Source: Candidatus Latescibacterota bacterium
Lineage (GTDB): Bacteria > Latescibacterota > UBA2968 > GCA-2709665
Assembly (NCBI GenBank): GCA_965116875.1
Contig: OZ220733.1
Location: 1,888,001-1,952,000 of the forward strand
DNA: 64,000 nt
Direction: 5' to 3'
The position numbers and the translations under genes are program-made. The notes beneath the pieces were generated by a model. That model made no database searches, was not told the origin of the DNA, and worked only from the letters and a program-made list of their open reading frames with translations. Position 1 is the first letter of the stretch, and every line of letters begins with the position of its first letter. Shown piece by piece: positions 1 to 9,187 of this stretch.

Positions 1-1859
1 GTATGCCGTTCCCGAAGCGGTCGCAGCGCCTCAATCTCCCGCCTCAAGCGAATGAACTCCTCGCCGTCCACTGCCGACTGTTGAAGTTCGCGCAGAATCT
101 CCTCGTATGCGGCCTGTACGTCGCGTTTTCGCTCGTTCCATCGGGATGCAATATGTGCGATTCTCTTTTCAACTCGCGCAATTTCCTCCTCAAATCTCCC
201 TACCAACTCTTCGATTTCCCGACTAAATCTTCCCAGCAAATCGTCGGCGTCCCCGAGAATTCGCTTGCCAGGGAGGTCCTCAAGTGCTTTCGGCGATAGG
301 AACACACGGTCAATTGGTATTTCATTGCGGACACTTGCGACGAGTTCGCGGAAGGGCTCGAGGCGCTGGGAAATCGAATCGATCACTCGCTCTTCGCGAA
401 CGAGAAGGCTCCGTTCGCGAAGACGGTCTTCGAGACCGGCCTCTTGAAACTGGTTCAGTGTCTCTTCAAGCCCGGGAAGCATGGCCAAGCGTTCTTCGAT
501 CTGGTGCAACTCCACGCTAACTTCAAGGATGGACCGACGTGTCTTTTCTAAGTCGCGGCGCAGTTTGGCTTTCTTTTGATTAAGCGATGAGTCGCGTTCC
601 ACAAAACGGTCAAGGAGTCGGGTGCGTTTCTCACTGTTCCTGGCTAGCTCGGAGATCTCGTGTTGACCGTACACTTCGATCCTGGGTATTACATCGTCGG
701 GCCGCAGGTTCAATACTTCGCCGCTTTCATGGTTGCGAATCACAGGTGGGTTCGGCACCGTCCGTTCGATACGATACTGTCGTTGGACGGGACGATAGGA
801 GCGTGCAAGCAATGAAATCTTCGTTCCACTTCGCAGCACGTGGCGGATGATTCCTTCGTGCGCCACGCGGGCATCTTCCCCAATGGGCTCCAAGCCAAGT
901 ACATAACGGAGGCTTTCGACGAGAGTCGATTTCCCGGTACCTCGACCGCCAACCAGGACGTTAAGGTTAGAGTTTAGGTGGACAGCGGCACCATCCAAAA
1001 ATCCACCATCCCAAGCTATTGCGACTAGCTCGACATGTTCGTCCGGCGTCGGGTCACTGTTCAGTCGGACCCGCGACGAAGGGTCGAGAAAAGCTTGGCG
1101 CAAACCTTCAATTGAAACTTCTGACATCTTGATTAGACAGGTGGCTGAAGGATCAGCTAGATCCTCGGGTTTGACGACATCCTTGGCGTTTATCGCAGCG
1201 GTCGCCAGTTCTTGGCTAACAGTGCGAGCGCGTCGGTATTCCGCATTTTTGTTCTCAAGTATTAAACGCACATCTCGGGACAAACCATTCACCGAGTCAG
1301 GAATCTGGATTGCGAGCAAATCCTCATTCTGCCACGCCCGAATACGCGCTTGACCAGAAAGAACCCTGAAAAGACCACCGTCGTTTGTAACGTGAGCTGC
1401 GACAGTTACGCCTCCTTGATAACGAACCATACTCAAGATATCAATGAAGCTCTTGTGCGTAGAGGTTGAAGATGGCTTGGTGAGCGTAATCCCAAACTCT
1501 CCAAGGAACCGGTGCAATTGTTGGTCTGTAGTCTCTTGGGGGTAGATACACAGGATGTGAACCCCTTCACTAGAGGAGAGTTCGAATCCCGGAAATACGT
1601 GAATACCGTGGCTCAAGGCGGCATCTCGAAACACAGGAACACTGCTGGCATCATTGTGGTTGGTGATGGCTAGGACAGAAACGTCCATTTCCGCCGCTTT
1701 TTCGACGATGGCCTTCGCGTGGCTCTCAGGATCAATCGGACTATCCTGCCCGCGGAAGGTTCCGCTATAGTCATGCGGGTTGACCTGAAGTGCGCAACGG
1801 TGAAAATCCGCGCCGGAAGTCAGCGCAAGAGCCCTACTAATCGGGTCGTCGGTGTTCAC
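1..1859 (-). CDS. PHP-domain + SMC/AAA-type ATPase fusion (Ppl/TrlF-like, candidate anti-phage protein), truncated by the window edge
   Basis: Translated by hand. GTG at 1859 follows GGAGG. MNTDDPISRALALTSGADFHRCALQVNPHDY...LAITNHN...FPGFE...GVHIL...AAHV (PHP-like), then Walker A GGRGTGKS, YGQHEISEL and a long coiled coil. Frame stays open to the window edge, so it is not in the ORF track. Confidence 0.85.
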   Translation of the reverse strand, partial: MNTDDPISRALALTSGADFHRCALQVNPHDYSGTFRGQDSPIDPESHAKAIVEKAAEMDVSVLAITNHNDASSVPVFRDAALSHGIHVFPGFELSSSEGVHILCIYPQETTDQQLHRFLGEFGITLTKPSSTSTHKSFIDILSMVRYQGGVTVAAHVTNDGGLFRVLSGQARIRAWQNEDLLAIQIPDSVNGLSRDVRLILENKNAEYRRARTVSQELATAAINAKDVVKPEDLADPSATCLIKMSEVSIEGLRQAFLDPSSRVRLNSDPTPDEHVELVAIAWDGGFLDGAAVHLNSNLNVLVGGRGTGKSTLVESLRYVLGLEPIGEDARVAHEGIIRHVLRSGTKISLLARSYRPVQRQYRIERTVPNPPVIRNHESGEVLNLRPDDVIPRIEVYGQHEISELARNSEKRTRLLDRFVERDSSLNQKKAKLRRDLEKTRRSILEVSVELHQIEERLAMLPGLEETLNQFQEAGLEDRLRERSLLVREERVIDSISQRLEPFRELVASVRNEIPIDRVFLSPKALEDLPGKRILGDADDLLGRFSREIEELVGRFEEEIARVEKRIAHIASRWNERKRDVQAAYEEILRELQQSAVDGEEFIRLRREIEALRPLRERH

Positions 1860-2196
1860 TCACCGCCTCCGTATCCTCAAAGGATCTGAGGTGTCCTATC
1901 ACTGGCGTGGTAGCGACTGGGACTTTTTCCACTAAGATAGCCGAAGCTTCTTGGCTGGGCAAGTATGAAAGGTCCCGGAAAGACTTGACTGCCGACTTAT
2001 ACAAAGCGTCTGAGGGTCGATCGCGTACGTAGGGACAGTAGAATTCATCGTGCTCTGTCTCCCCTATTCAGTGCCAGGCTGCGGGTTGGAAGAGTCCGAT
2101 GAAACGTCAGAAGTGACAGGCTTCAGGGAAGGACTACTCCACTATCTGTTTTCTGAGTGTGGTCGTCAGTCTACCCGCCGTTCGTTGCGTATCAGC

Positions 2197-5184
2197 TCAA
2201 AACGAAGCACCAAGCAGGAAATAGGGAACGGCCCCTTTTGGATCGGTGAACCCGTACCCCGCGCCGGCGCGGAAGTGGATTGGAACGTAGAGGATGCCGA
2301 AATAGTAGACGAACTCGGCGCCGGCGGAAAGGAGCGGTCTGGGTGTGTCCTGCAGAGAATTGTCGCGTCCCCAGGCGTTGCCCGCGTCGGCGAAGAGCGT
2401 GAGAAAGGCGCGGTCGAAGTGCAGTAGCGGCGTTCGGATGGCGCGGTTGACCAAAGCGGCCGGCAGGCGTATCTCCAGCGAGGCGGCCCATGCACGCCGC
2501 CCGGATCTTTGCGTCCCTTCATAACCCCGAACGGGAAACAGCCGTCGCCCCGCGCCGCCAACCTTGAAGTAGCCCCTCCCGCTGTCCGGTCCCCGTGCCG
2601 CCCCCGCGCTCGCCCTGAGCGCCACCACGGGCGCCGCGAATCCACCTCCAGGCAGTTTCCCGTAGGTCCTGAAGTCGCCGGAGACGGCATCGACGGACCG
2701 ATCGTCTGAAGCCTCACTGGCCAGGTCGAATCGACGCGTCGCACGGACAGAGAACGTCGCGCCGGCGGCCCCGCCCATCTGAAACGCGTGCGACCTGGCG
2801 GTGGAGGCCGAGAAATCTGCCGCGACTTCTCCCAGGGTGCTGCTCGGGCTGTCGTACTTCGACAGGTCCGCGGGCTGGAGATCAGAATCCAGCGCCTCCC
2901 GGTCCTCCCGCAACAGGCCGCCCGAAAGCGTGAATGAAACCGTACTCCATATCCTGGGGCGCGCAAGGTTCATTGAAACGATCGCACGGCGCGTTCGTTC
3001 CAGAATGAACACCGTGTCGGCAGGCGCGTCGTTCCGCTCCCCCACCCTCACGCGCTCCTCGTCCCAGTTCTGCGACGTCGTCAAACCCAGCGTGGGGTTG
3101 CCCAGGCCGGCGTACCGATACGACAGAACACCCGCGCCTCTTCCTCCCGAATGTCCTCCTGCCGGCAGAAACATCTTGGCCCCGATGCTGTATGCGTGCC
3201 GGCCCACGAGGTCCACACCAGACGTAAAGGCCCCGACGGATGTGCCAAGCACCTTCGTCCGGAGCGTTGTGCCGTTGCCGGCGCCGGAGAGGGACAGAGT
3301 CCCGTATGGGAGCCAGTATCGGGGCCGGAGCGTGGAGGACGGCGAATAGTCGCGTGCCTGCCCGCCGGCGCGTGCGTTCCATTCATCCGCCGCGGATGCG
3401 ACCTCCGAGGCTATCATCCCCGCCGCGGTGTGCGTTGAATCGGCGGTATATCGTGGCGCGGGCGGCGCGGCATGCGGTTCAAATGGCATGCGTTCGATTT
3501 CCCATCCGTCCACGTGATACCCTGAAAAATAGAGCCATTGTCCAGACGGGTCCACGCTGGGCCACGCCGCGCCGGTCCGGACATTGGTGAGCATGACCGG
3601 AGGCGCCGCCCGGCCACTGTCGACCCGTGCCGCGAAGACATTGAGGATCCCCGTTCGGTCGGAGGACCATACCAGCCACCTCCCATTGGCGCTCCAGGAG
3701 GGGGCGAAGTCCATCGCACGGTCATCGGTGACATGGCTGACGAGGCCCCCTTCCGCGTCGAGGATGACGACGTCGTGATTCCCGCCAACCCAACGTGTCG
3801 CCGCGATCCATTTCCCGTTGGGCGACACCGCCGGAAACGCCCAGTGGATGCCGGCTTTCGGGTGAACCAGGGACTCGACGGACCCCGTGCGGGTATCGAC
3901 TCGCGCCAGTCCGGTAGCGCCGTCTCCTTCCGACACCGCGACCGCCCGGTCACCGGGACCGGCCGAAGGCGAGGTCAGACGGGCGCCGCTGGTCAACCAT
4001 TCCATCACGCCGTCCCGGGTCATGCGGTAGATGTCGCTGTACAGCCGGTATCGCCCTGAGAATTCCAATTTCCCGGTGAGGACGTCCCCGCCGGGCGTGA
4101 ACGCGAACCTGCCCCCGCGGATCCGCGTGACAGTCGTTTCGCCGCCGCCGTCCAGCCCGGTCGAAACCAGTACGGGATCCGAACGACCATCCGATCGACG
4201 GTAGGCCAGTGCCGACCCATCCGGGGAGACCCGCGGATAGAGCGCGTAGCGGGCGCCGTCGGTCAGCCTCTCGGGTTCGGAGATCGCGCCGAACCTGGAG
4301 AGGCGGGCGTCCAGCCCCGCTGCCTTCGTTCGCCAGCCGTTCGCCCACGCGGTCCACTCGCTCGACAGGCTGACGCCGAAGGCGCTCCTTCCCGCGGCGT
4401 CGAGACGATAGGGTATCCACTGCCCCTCGACCGCCTCGACAAATGCCGACATCCGGTCCCGGCCGTACTTGCGCATGAGGTGTTCGAAGAACAAAGATCC
4501 GGAAACGTACGCTCGGAGCCCGCCGGGCCATTGCGGCGACCATCCTCCTGCCTGTCCGATGGACTCGAAGCGGCCCTCCAGGGCTGCCGTTCGAAGCACC
4601 ATGTTGTGATAGGTTCCCAGGACGCGGCCCTTGCCGGTCAGCGCCGACTCGTACCAGGTGGCGATGCCCTCGATGACCCACAGGGGCGTTGTAAATGCCG
4701 GAAAACCGAATACGGGGACCGGTATCCTGCCGAACAGTCCCCGAACGCTGTACCGGCCGCGACGATCGAGATGGAAGATATGCGTCAGTTCGTGAACGAT
4801 CAGAAGTTCCATCCAGTCGTCGTAGTAGCCGAGCAGGAAGCTGTCCACAGGCGGCCGCGCGTAGAGGACGATGCGGTTCGAGGGAAACGGGGTCGCGTAG
4901 CCGTTGGAGACGTCCGTGTGGTCGGTGACGACCAGATCGATGGTTCCCTGCGGTCCCTGCACGAACTGATCGGATAGGGTTGCGTGCGCCCACTCCGCGC
5001 GATCGACCGCCCGGCGCGCCAGGTCTTCCAGTCGATCGGGGAAAGTGACGCGGAAGTGTTCCGTCTCGAGCGTGCGCCACGATTCGTCCGGCGGGACCTG
5101 TTGCGCTATCGTCGGCGACGTGCAGATTACGACGAGCGCAGATAGTGCCGGTATCACGATCCATGGAAGTGATATTCTCGTCAT
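2197..5184 (-). CDS. Outer-membrane protein: signal peptide + gluzincin-like peptidase (HELTH) + TolB/PD40 propeller + Omp85/BamA-like barrel
   Basis: Start reassigned to MTRISLPWIVIP (signal peptide). Motifs HELTH...EGIATWYES and SPDG/SPNG/WSANG repeats; RGY motif; C-terminal YFLLGASF beta-signal. Confidence 0.75.
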   Translation of the reverse strand: MTRISLPWIVIPALSALVVICTSPTIAQQVPPDESWRTLETEHFRVTFPDRLEDLARRAVDRAEWAHATLSDQFVQGPQGTIDLVVTDHTDVSNGYATPFPSNRIVLYARPPVDSFLLGYYDDWMELLIVHELTHIFHLDRRGRYSVRGLFGRIPVPVFGFPAFTTPLWVIEGIATWYESALTGKGRVLGTYHNMVLRTAALEGRFESIGQAGGWSPQWPGGLRAYVSGSLFFEHLMRKYGRDRMSAFVEAVEGQWIPYRLDAAGRSAFGVSLSSEWTAWANGWRTKAAGLDARLSRFGAISEPERLTDGARYALYPRVSPDGSALAYRRSDGRSDPVLVSTGLDGGGETTVTRIRGGRFAFTPGGDVLTGKLEFSGRYRLYSDIYRMTRDGVMEWLTSGARLTSPSAGPGDRAVAVSEGDGATGLARVDTRTGSVESLVHPKAGIHWAFPAVSPNGKWIAATRWVGGNHDVVILDAEGGLVSHVTDDRAMDFAPSWSANGRWLVWSSDRTGILNVFAARVDSGRAAPPVMLTNVRTGAAWPSVDPSGQWLYFSGYHVDGWEIERMPFEPHAAPPAPRYTADSTHTAAGMIASEVASAADEWNARAGGQARDYSPSSTLRPRYWLPYGTLSLSGAGNGTTLRTKVLGTSVGAFTSGVDLVGRHAYSIGAKMFLPAGGHSGGRGAGVLSYRYAGLGNPTLGLTTSQNWDEERVRVGERNDAPADTVFILERTRRAIVSMNLARPRIWSTVSFTLSGGLLREDREALDSDLQPADLSKYDSPSSTLGEVAADFSASTARSHAFQMGGAAGATFSVRATRRFDLASEASDDRSVDAVSGDFRTYGKLPGGGFAAPVVALRASAGAARGPDSGRGYFKVGGAGRRLFPVRGYEGTQRSGRRAWAASLEIRLPAALVNRAIRTPLLHFDRAFLTLFADAGNAWGRDNSLQDTPRPLLSAGAEFVYYFGILYVPIHFRAGAGYGFTDPKGAVPYFLLGASF

Positions 5185-5254
5185 AGAGATCCATCTACGG
5201 TTGCATATATGGCGTGGCGTCGCGGATCCACGCAGTGTATCGCGAGTGCCGGGT

Positions 5255-6526
5255 TCACATTTTCCCCTTGCCCCGGGCATCCACTTCCTCTTCTTCAGGC
5301 CGTGCTTCGTGGAGCGCGCCGAAGCGACGAAGCCCGGGAACACCGGCTGCCGTGCCGAGAACCACGAACAGGGTGCCGATCCCGCCGCTGACCACCGAAA
5401 CGACCGGTCCGAACCAGTGGGCGACGAGGCCGGATTCCATACCGCCGAGTTCATTTGAAGCCCCGATGAAAACGTAGTTGACGGCCAGCACGCGGCCGCG
5501 CATCCGGTTGGTCGTCAGCAGTTGAACAAGCGTGTGCCGGACGACCATGCTGACGTTGTCGAAGGCGCCGGTGAGGAACAGCATGGCCAGGGAGAGCCAG
5601 AAGGATTGAGAAAAACCGAAGACGATGGTGGCCGCTCCGAACCCCGCCACCGCGAACAGGAGGTTTCGGCCCGCACGCCGCATCGGCGGCAGGTAGGCCA
5701 GGAGGATCGCCATGCAGAAGGCGCCGACGCCCGGCGCGGCCCGAAGCCATCCGAAACCCTGGGGTCCCACCCGGAGAATGTCCTCCGCATAGATGGGCAA
5801 CAGGTAGACGGCGCCGCCCAGAAGCACGGCGAACATATCCAGCGCCATCAGGGAAAGGATCAGGCGGGTGCGCCAGACGTACCGGATGCCCGCCAGCAGG
5901 GTCGAAAGCGAAGCGGGTTCCGCGCTCTCCGGTTCCGCACGGAAGTCCACCCGCGTGAGCAGAACCACAAAAACCAGGGTGCTCGCCGCACTGAGCGCAT
6001 AGGCGGCGGGAACGCTGTACATGATGACAATGCCGCCAAGGGCAGGGCCGACCACCCAGGCCATCTGCATCAGGCTGGTGTTCCAGGTAACGGCGATAGG
6101 GAAGACGTCGCGCGGAACGAGCAGGGGCACGAGTGCGGTTCTGGCCGGCCGACCCAGGCAGGTGGCCGTTGCATCCAGCGCAAGCAGCGCATACATCAGC
6201 AGGACCGGACCCTCGCCGAGCGAGAGCGCCAGGAGTCCGAGCGACGTGAGGGTTGTGCCCAGCATGCTGAGCACGACAACCCTTCTGCGGTCGAATCTGT
6301 CCGCCAGGAAGCCGGCCGGCAGGGCCAGGACGATCGTCGGCACGGCCTGGGCGAGACCAACCAGCCCAAGGGAAAGGGCCTGGCCGGTCCGCTGGTAGAT
6401 CTCCCATCCGATCGCGATGCTCTGGATCTGGTTTCCCACGATGGCGAAGAACCAGCCCAGGATGTATCGCCGGTAGTTCGCAATGCGGAATGCCGCGTAG
6501 GGATCGTGCTTCCTGGGTTCGGGGAT
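5255..6526 (-). CDS. MFS transporter (MFS_3/H+ antiporter-like); start uncertain (ATC 6526 or GTG 6439)
   Basis: Motif A GFLADRFDRRRV and about 12 hydrophobic segments. The family-typical N-terminus HDPYAAFRIANYRRY lies upstream of the first canonical start. Confidence 0.85.
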   Translation of the reverse strand: MPEPRKHDPYAAFRIANYRRYILGWFFAIVGNQIQSIAIGWEIYQRTGQALSLGLVGLAQAVPTIVLALPAGFLADRFDRRRVVVLSMLGTTLTSLGLLALSLGEGPVLLMYALLALDATATCLGRPARTALVPLLVPRDVFPIAVTWNTSLMQMAWVVGPALGGIVIMYSVPAAYALSAASTLVFVVLLTRVDFRAEPESAEPASLSTLLAGIRYVWRTRLILSLMALDMFAVLLGGAVYLLPIYAEDILRVGPQGFGWLRAAPGVGAFCMAILLAYLPPMRRAGRNLLFAVAGFGAATIVFGFSQSFWLSLAMLFLTGAFDNVSMVVRHTLVQLLTTNRMRGRVLAVNYVFIGASNELGGMESGLVAHWFGPVVSVVSGGIGTLFVVLGTAAGVPGLRRFGALHEARPEEEEVDARGKGKM

Positions 6527-6529
6527 CGG

Positions 6530-7894
6530 CTATTCCTCCCGTCCCGCGACAGCGTCCCGGATCTCCCGTACGCTTCCTTCCAGCCGGTCCAGCCTCTGAT
6601 TGGTCGCCTCGACGTCTTTCTGGATCTTCGTGACGATCGCAGTCTGCTCGTCGAGCTCCTCGGCCTGTATGGATTCCTCTTCCTTGACCAGAATGCTCGT
6701 CAGCGTCGCCGTGAAGACGCCCACCAGAACCATTCCTGTAATCACCAGAAAAACGGTGAGGATTCTGCCGGATGCGGTTTCGGGGTTGTGGATGTCGGCA
6801 TACCCGCCCGTGACGAGCGTTGTAAAGCTCCACCAGAGGCTCTGCCAGAATCCAGAGCCCGACTCCATGTGCTCCAGGAACATGAAAACGCATGCGCCGA
6901 ACACGAGCGACAGGAGGCCGTAAAGAAGCGACCTTTTGAGCAGACGGACGTCCAGCGTGGTGCTGAGGTGGTCCATGCCTCGCCAGAAGAACAGGCCGAT
7001 GCGCATCAGCCGCAGCGCCCGCAAGATCCGCACGGCACGCAGCAGACGCCCCAGGCGCACGACGCCGAGGTCGCCGGAGGCCGCGATAACCTGCACCGGA
7101 GGGAGCGGAATGGACGTGATGAAGTCAATCCAGTTGTTCTTCCAATACCATTTTTTGGAAGCGGCAAGTTTGTGTTCGAAGACGAAGTTGGCCATGAAAA
7201 TGGCACAGCACACCACGTCGATGATCCAGAAGATCCAGAGCGTACCCACCGGGAAATGCGCGTGCACTTCCACAACGGGGTTCTTGTATTTCGCCCCGCT
7301 GTCCACGATGTCCACCCCGGTCAGTTTTCCTCCGGTGACGTGCCCGGAAACGAGCGCGCCGGACCCGGCGTTGTCCACGATGTGTATGTTCACGCGCTCA
7401 TACCCGGCGCCCTGTTTTTGTATGACGATATTGCTGATCTTTCCCGCTTTGACCTCCGCCGTTGCAGCCGCGCCGCCGCCGTTCGCGCCGATGCCAAGCA
7501 GGTCCACGACAAGAATCGAGATCAGAAACAGAATGAGTAAGAAGATGATGATGTCCTTCAGATGAACGTTCCGGACGCTTCCGAGCTTGTCGGCCTGCCT
7601 GTCCATCAGATGTTTCTTCTGGAAGGCCTGGTCGATGACCCTTGCTTTGTCCTCCAGTGTCTGTTTTTCCTCGTTCAACGTCGAGATTCGCGAATCGGCC
7701 GCGTCCAGGTCCAGTTCGTAGCGGCCGTGCTTTTTCTTCAGGGCGACCGTGTCCGCACTTTCGGCCAGGCGGCTGATGTTTTCTTCTTCCTCGGCCAATT
7801 GCTCGTTAACGCTCTCGATTTCCCTCCCGACCACGTCCTTCATTATCCTGATACGGTCGAGGGAACACGATTCGATTCGCTTCAGATTTGCCAT
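6530..7894 (-). CDS. Voltage-gated-type 6TM cation (K+-like) channel with N-terminal coiled coil and an extracytoplasmic repeat insert
   Basis: S3 NWIDFITSIP, S4 RLGRLLRAVRILRALRLMR, pore WWSFTTLVTGGYAD, C-terminal coiled coil. Confidence 0.85.
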   Translation of the reverse strand: MANLKRIESCSLDRIRIMKDVVGREIESVNEQLAEEEENISRLAESADTVALKKKHGRYELDLDAADSRISTLNEEKQTLEDKARVIDQAFQKKHLMDRQADKLGSVRNVHLKDIIIFLLILFLISILVVDLLGIGANGGGAAATAEVKAGKISNIVIQKQGAGYERVNIHIVDNAGSGALVSGHVTGGKLTGVDIVDSGAKYKNPVVEVHAHFPVGTLWIFWIIDVVCCAIFMANFVFEHKLAASKKWYWKNNWIDFITSIPLPPVQVIAASGDLGVVRLGRLLRAVRILRALRLMRIGLFFWRGMDHLSTTLDVRLLKRSLLYGLLSLVFGACVFMFLEHMESGSGFWQSLWWSFTTLVTGGYADIHNPETASGRILTVFLVITGMVLVGVFTATLTSILVKEEESIQAEELDEQTAIVTKIQKDVEATNQRLDRLEGSVREIRDAVAGREE

Positions 7895-7978
7895 CGCTGT
7901 CCTTGCAAATTCAGGTTGAGTATGAAATCACTGCTGTCCAAGACTGAAACCGACCTGGGAACGGTGGGGTTGGCGTTC

Positions 7979-8010
7979 CCGGGAGCGAGGGCAGGATGCC
8001 CTCGCTCCGG
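7979..8010. repeat. REP-like palindrome
   Basis: GGAGCGAGGGC-AGGAT-GCCCTCGCTCC, perfect 11-bp stem. Confidence 0.6.
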
Positions 8011-8286
8011 AAATTAGTGGATCGTGCCGTGATAGAGTGCAAATTGCCGGCAGTCGGCTGCGGCTTTACGCCGTGCGGTCATCGGTTTGCCCTCTCATCG
8101 ATACCTTCCGCCATAGCCGCGCGTTATCTGCGAAGGTGAAAATAAGAAAGTGGCTTAATAGCGATAAAGGCTAAATCCGCTAATAATGTAATAAAGAAGC
8201 ACGAGCAAGAAAAGAACTGGCTTCAAATGTGAAAGCCAGTTCCTGGAAAAAGGCATCGCTGGAAGGTGGTTTCCAAAACGTTGACG

Positions 8287-8460
8287 CTATTCGCCCCGCT
8301 GTGCAAGGAACCGCGCCAGGGCGCCCGGTCGTCGCGCCACCGGCTTGAGTGCCTGACCTGGCGCTTCGGATGGCACCAGGATCCCACGCCGTCGAAGATC
8401 ATCCAGCCGCTCTTCAATCGAGTGCTGTTTTTGACGCCGGATTCTGCGGATCTCATCCAC
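8287..8460 (-). pseudogene. Antitoxin fragment (C-terminal half of a Phd/VapB-like protein), no toxin downstream
   Basis: GAGGAGGA SD then GTG. IEERLDDLRRRGIL...PVARRPGALARFLAQRGE resembles VapC-partner antitoxin tails (recognised from memory). Confidence 0.45.
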
Positions 8461-8546
8461 GGATAGTCCTCCTCGTCCTGTCAAACGCATCGTGCAATGC
8501 AATCGAATTGTGTAGCCCTGAAGCCCTGCAGAGTTAGGCGGGACCT

Positions 8547-8576
8547 GCCGACATTGCGGGGCTTTTCACGTGTCAT
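8547..8576 (-). pseudogene. N-terminal stub of AbiEii nucleotidyltransferase toxin
   Basis: ATG overlaps the AbiEi stop (ATGA). MTREKPRNVG resembles AbiEii N-termini; similarity then disappears and the frame stops at 8481. Confidence 0.55.
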
Positions 8577-9175
8577 ACTTGAAGCGCCTCCAGGTAGCTC
8601 CGCACAACCGTCTGCGCGCGGCAGACTTCAGCGGCTCGCACAATTTCGTCCACTGTGACGGCACGCGATCGCAGGGCATCCTCAAGCGCCTCAAGCGCTA
8701 TATCGAGTCCAATTTTGTTGCGATAGCGGAAACAATCCACGACAGTTCGGGCTGGCGAAGTGATGCGGAACGGCACCCCAAGCACCGATTCGCGGGTTAC
8801 GCCATAGGATAGCATCGCGCCGGAGAAACGGACTACCCGTACCCGGGCGGGCGCACGGGTGGGTTTGCGGGCTTTTCGGTCAAGAGCAATCCAGGTCACG
8901 TGAGGCGACTGTGTACCGATTTCATGGAAGCGTAGCGCCGTCAGAAGGCACATAATGGCGCTCGGTATGGCTACAGCTACCATTGCGATCGTTTCTGACT
9001 CTGTCGCTTCAACCTCGGAGATTCGGTAAAGGCCGTTTCCGAGACTGTCGACCAGTCCATCAGCGACAAGACCCGTGAGTTTCCGATGTGATATCCCAAA
9101 CTGCGCGAGGTCTCTCGGTCTAAAATAGGTACCCAGGCCGACTCTTTGTGGTTGAGCGATATCCATGAGGGTCAA
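8573..9175 (-). CDS. Type IV TA antitoxin AbiEi family (wHTH + C-terminal domain)
   Basis: LVDSLGNGLYR, CLLTALRFHEIGTQSP, RTVVDCFRYRNKIGLDIALEAL. Confidence 0.85.
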   Translation of the reverse strand: MTLMDIAQPQRVGLGTYFRPRDLAQFGISHRKLTGLVADGLVDSLGNGLYRISEVEATESETIAMVAVAIPSAIMCLLTALRFHEIGTQSPHVTWIALDRKARKPTRAPARVRVVRFSGAMLSYGVTRESVLGVPFRITSPARTVVDCFRYRNKIGLDIALEALEDALRSRAVTVDEIVRAAEVCRAQTVVRSYLEALQV

Positions 9176-9187
9176 TCATCCGCAAAT

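Noticed and set aside
5185-5454. N-terminal extensions in the ORF track (also at 30878, 57005, 58956, 48953, 50379)
   Set aside because: They overlap neighbouring genes or repeats; better starts with SD or signal peptides lie downstream.
6530-6532. Genome-wide amber recoding or pyrrolysine
   Set aside because: TAG ends moaC, sucC, ccmC and tgt at their normal lengths; no pyl genes are in the window.
5522-7540. 672-aa plus-strand ORF
   Set aside because: Antisense shadow of the MFS and channel genes; high GC suppresses stops and there are no motifs.
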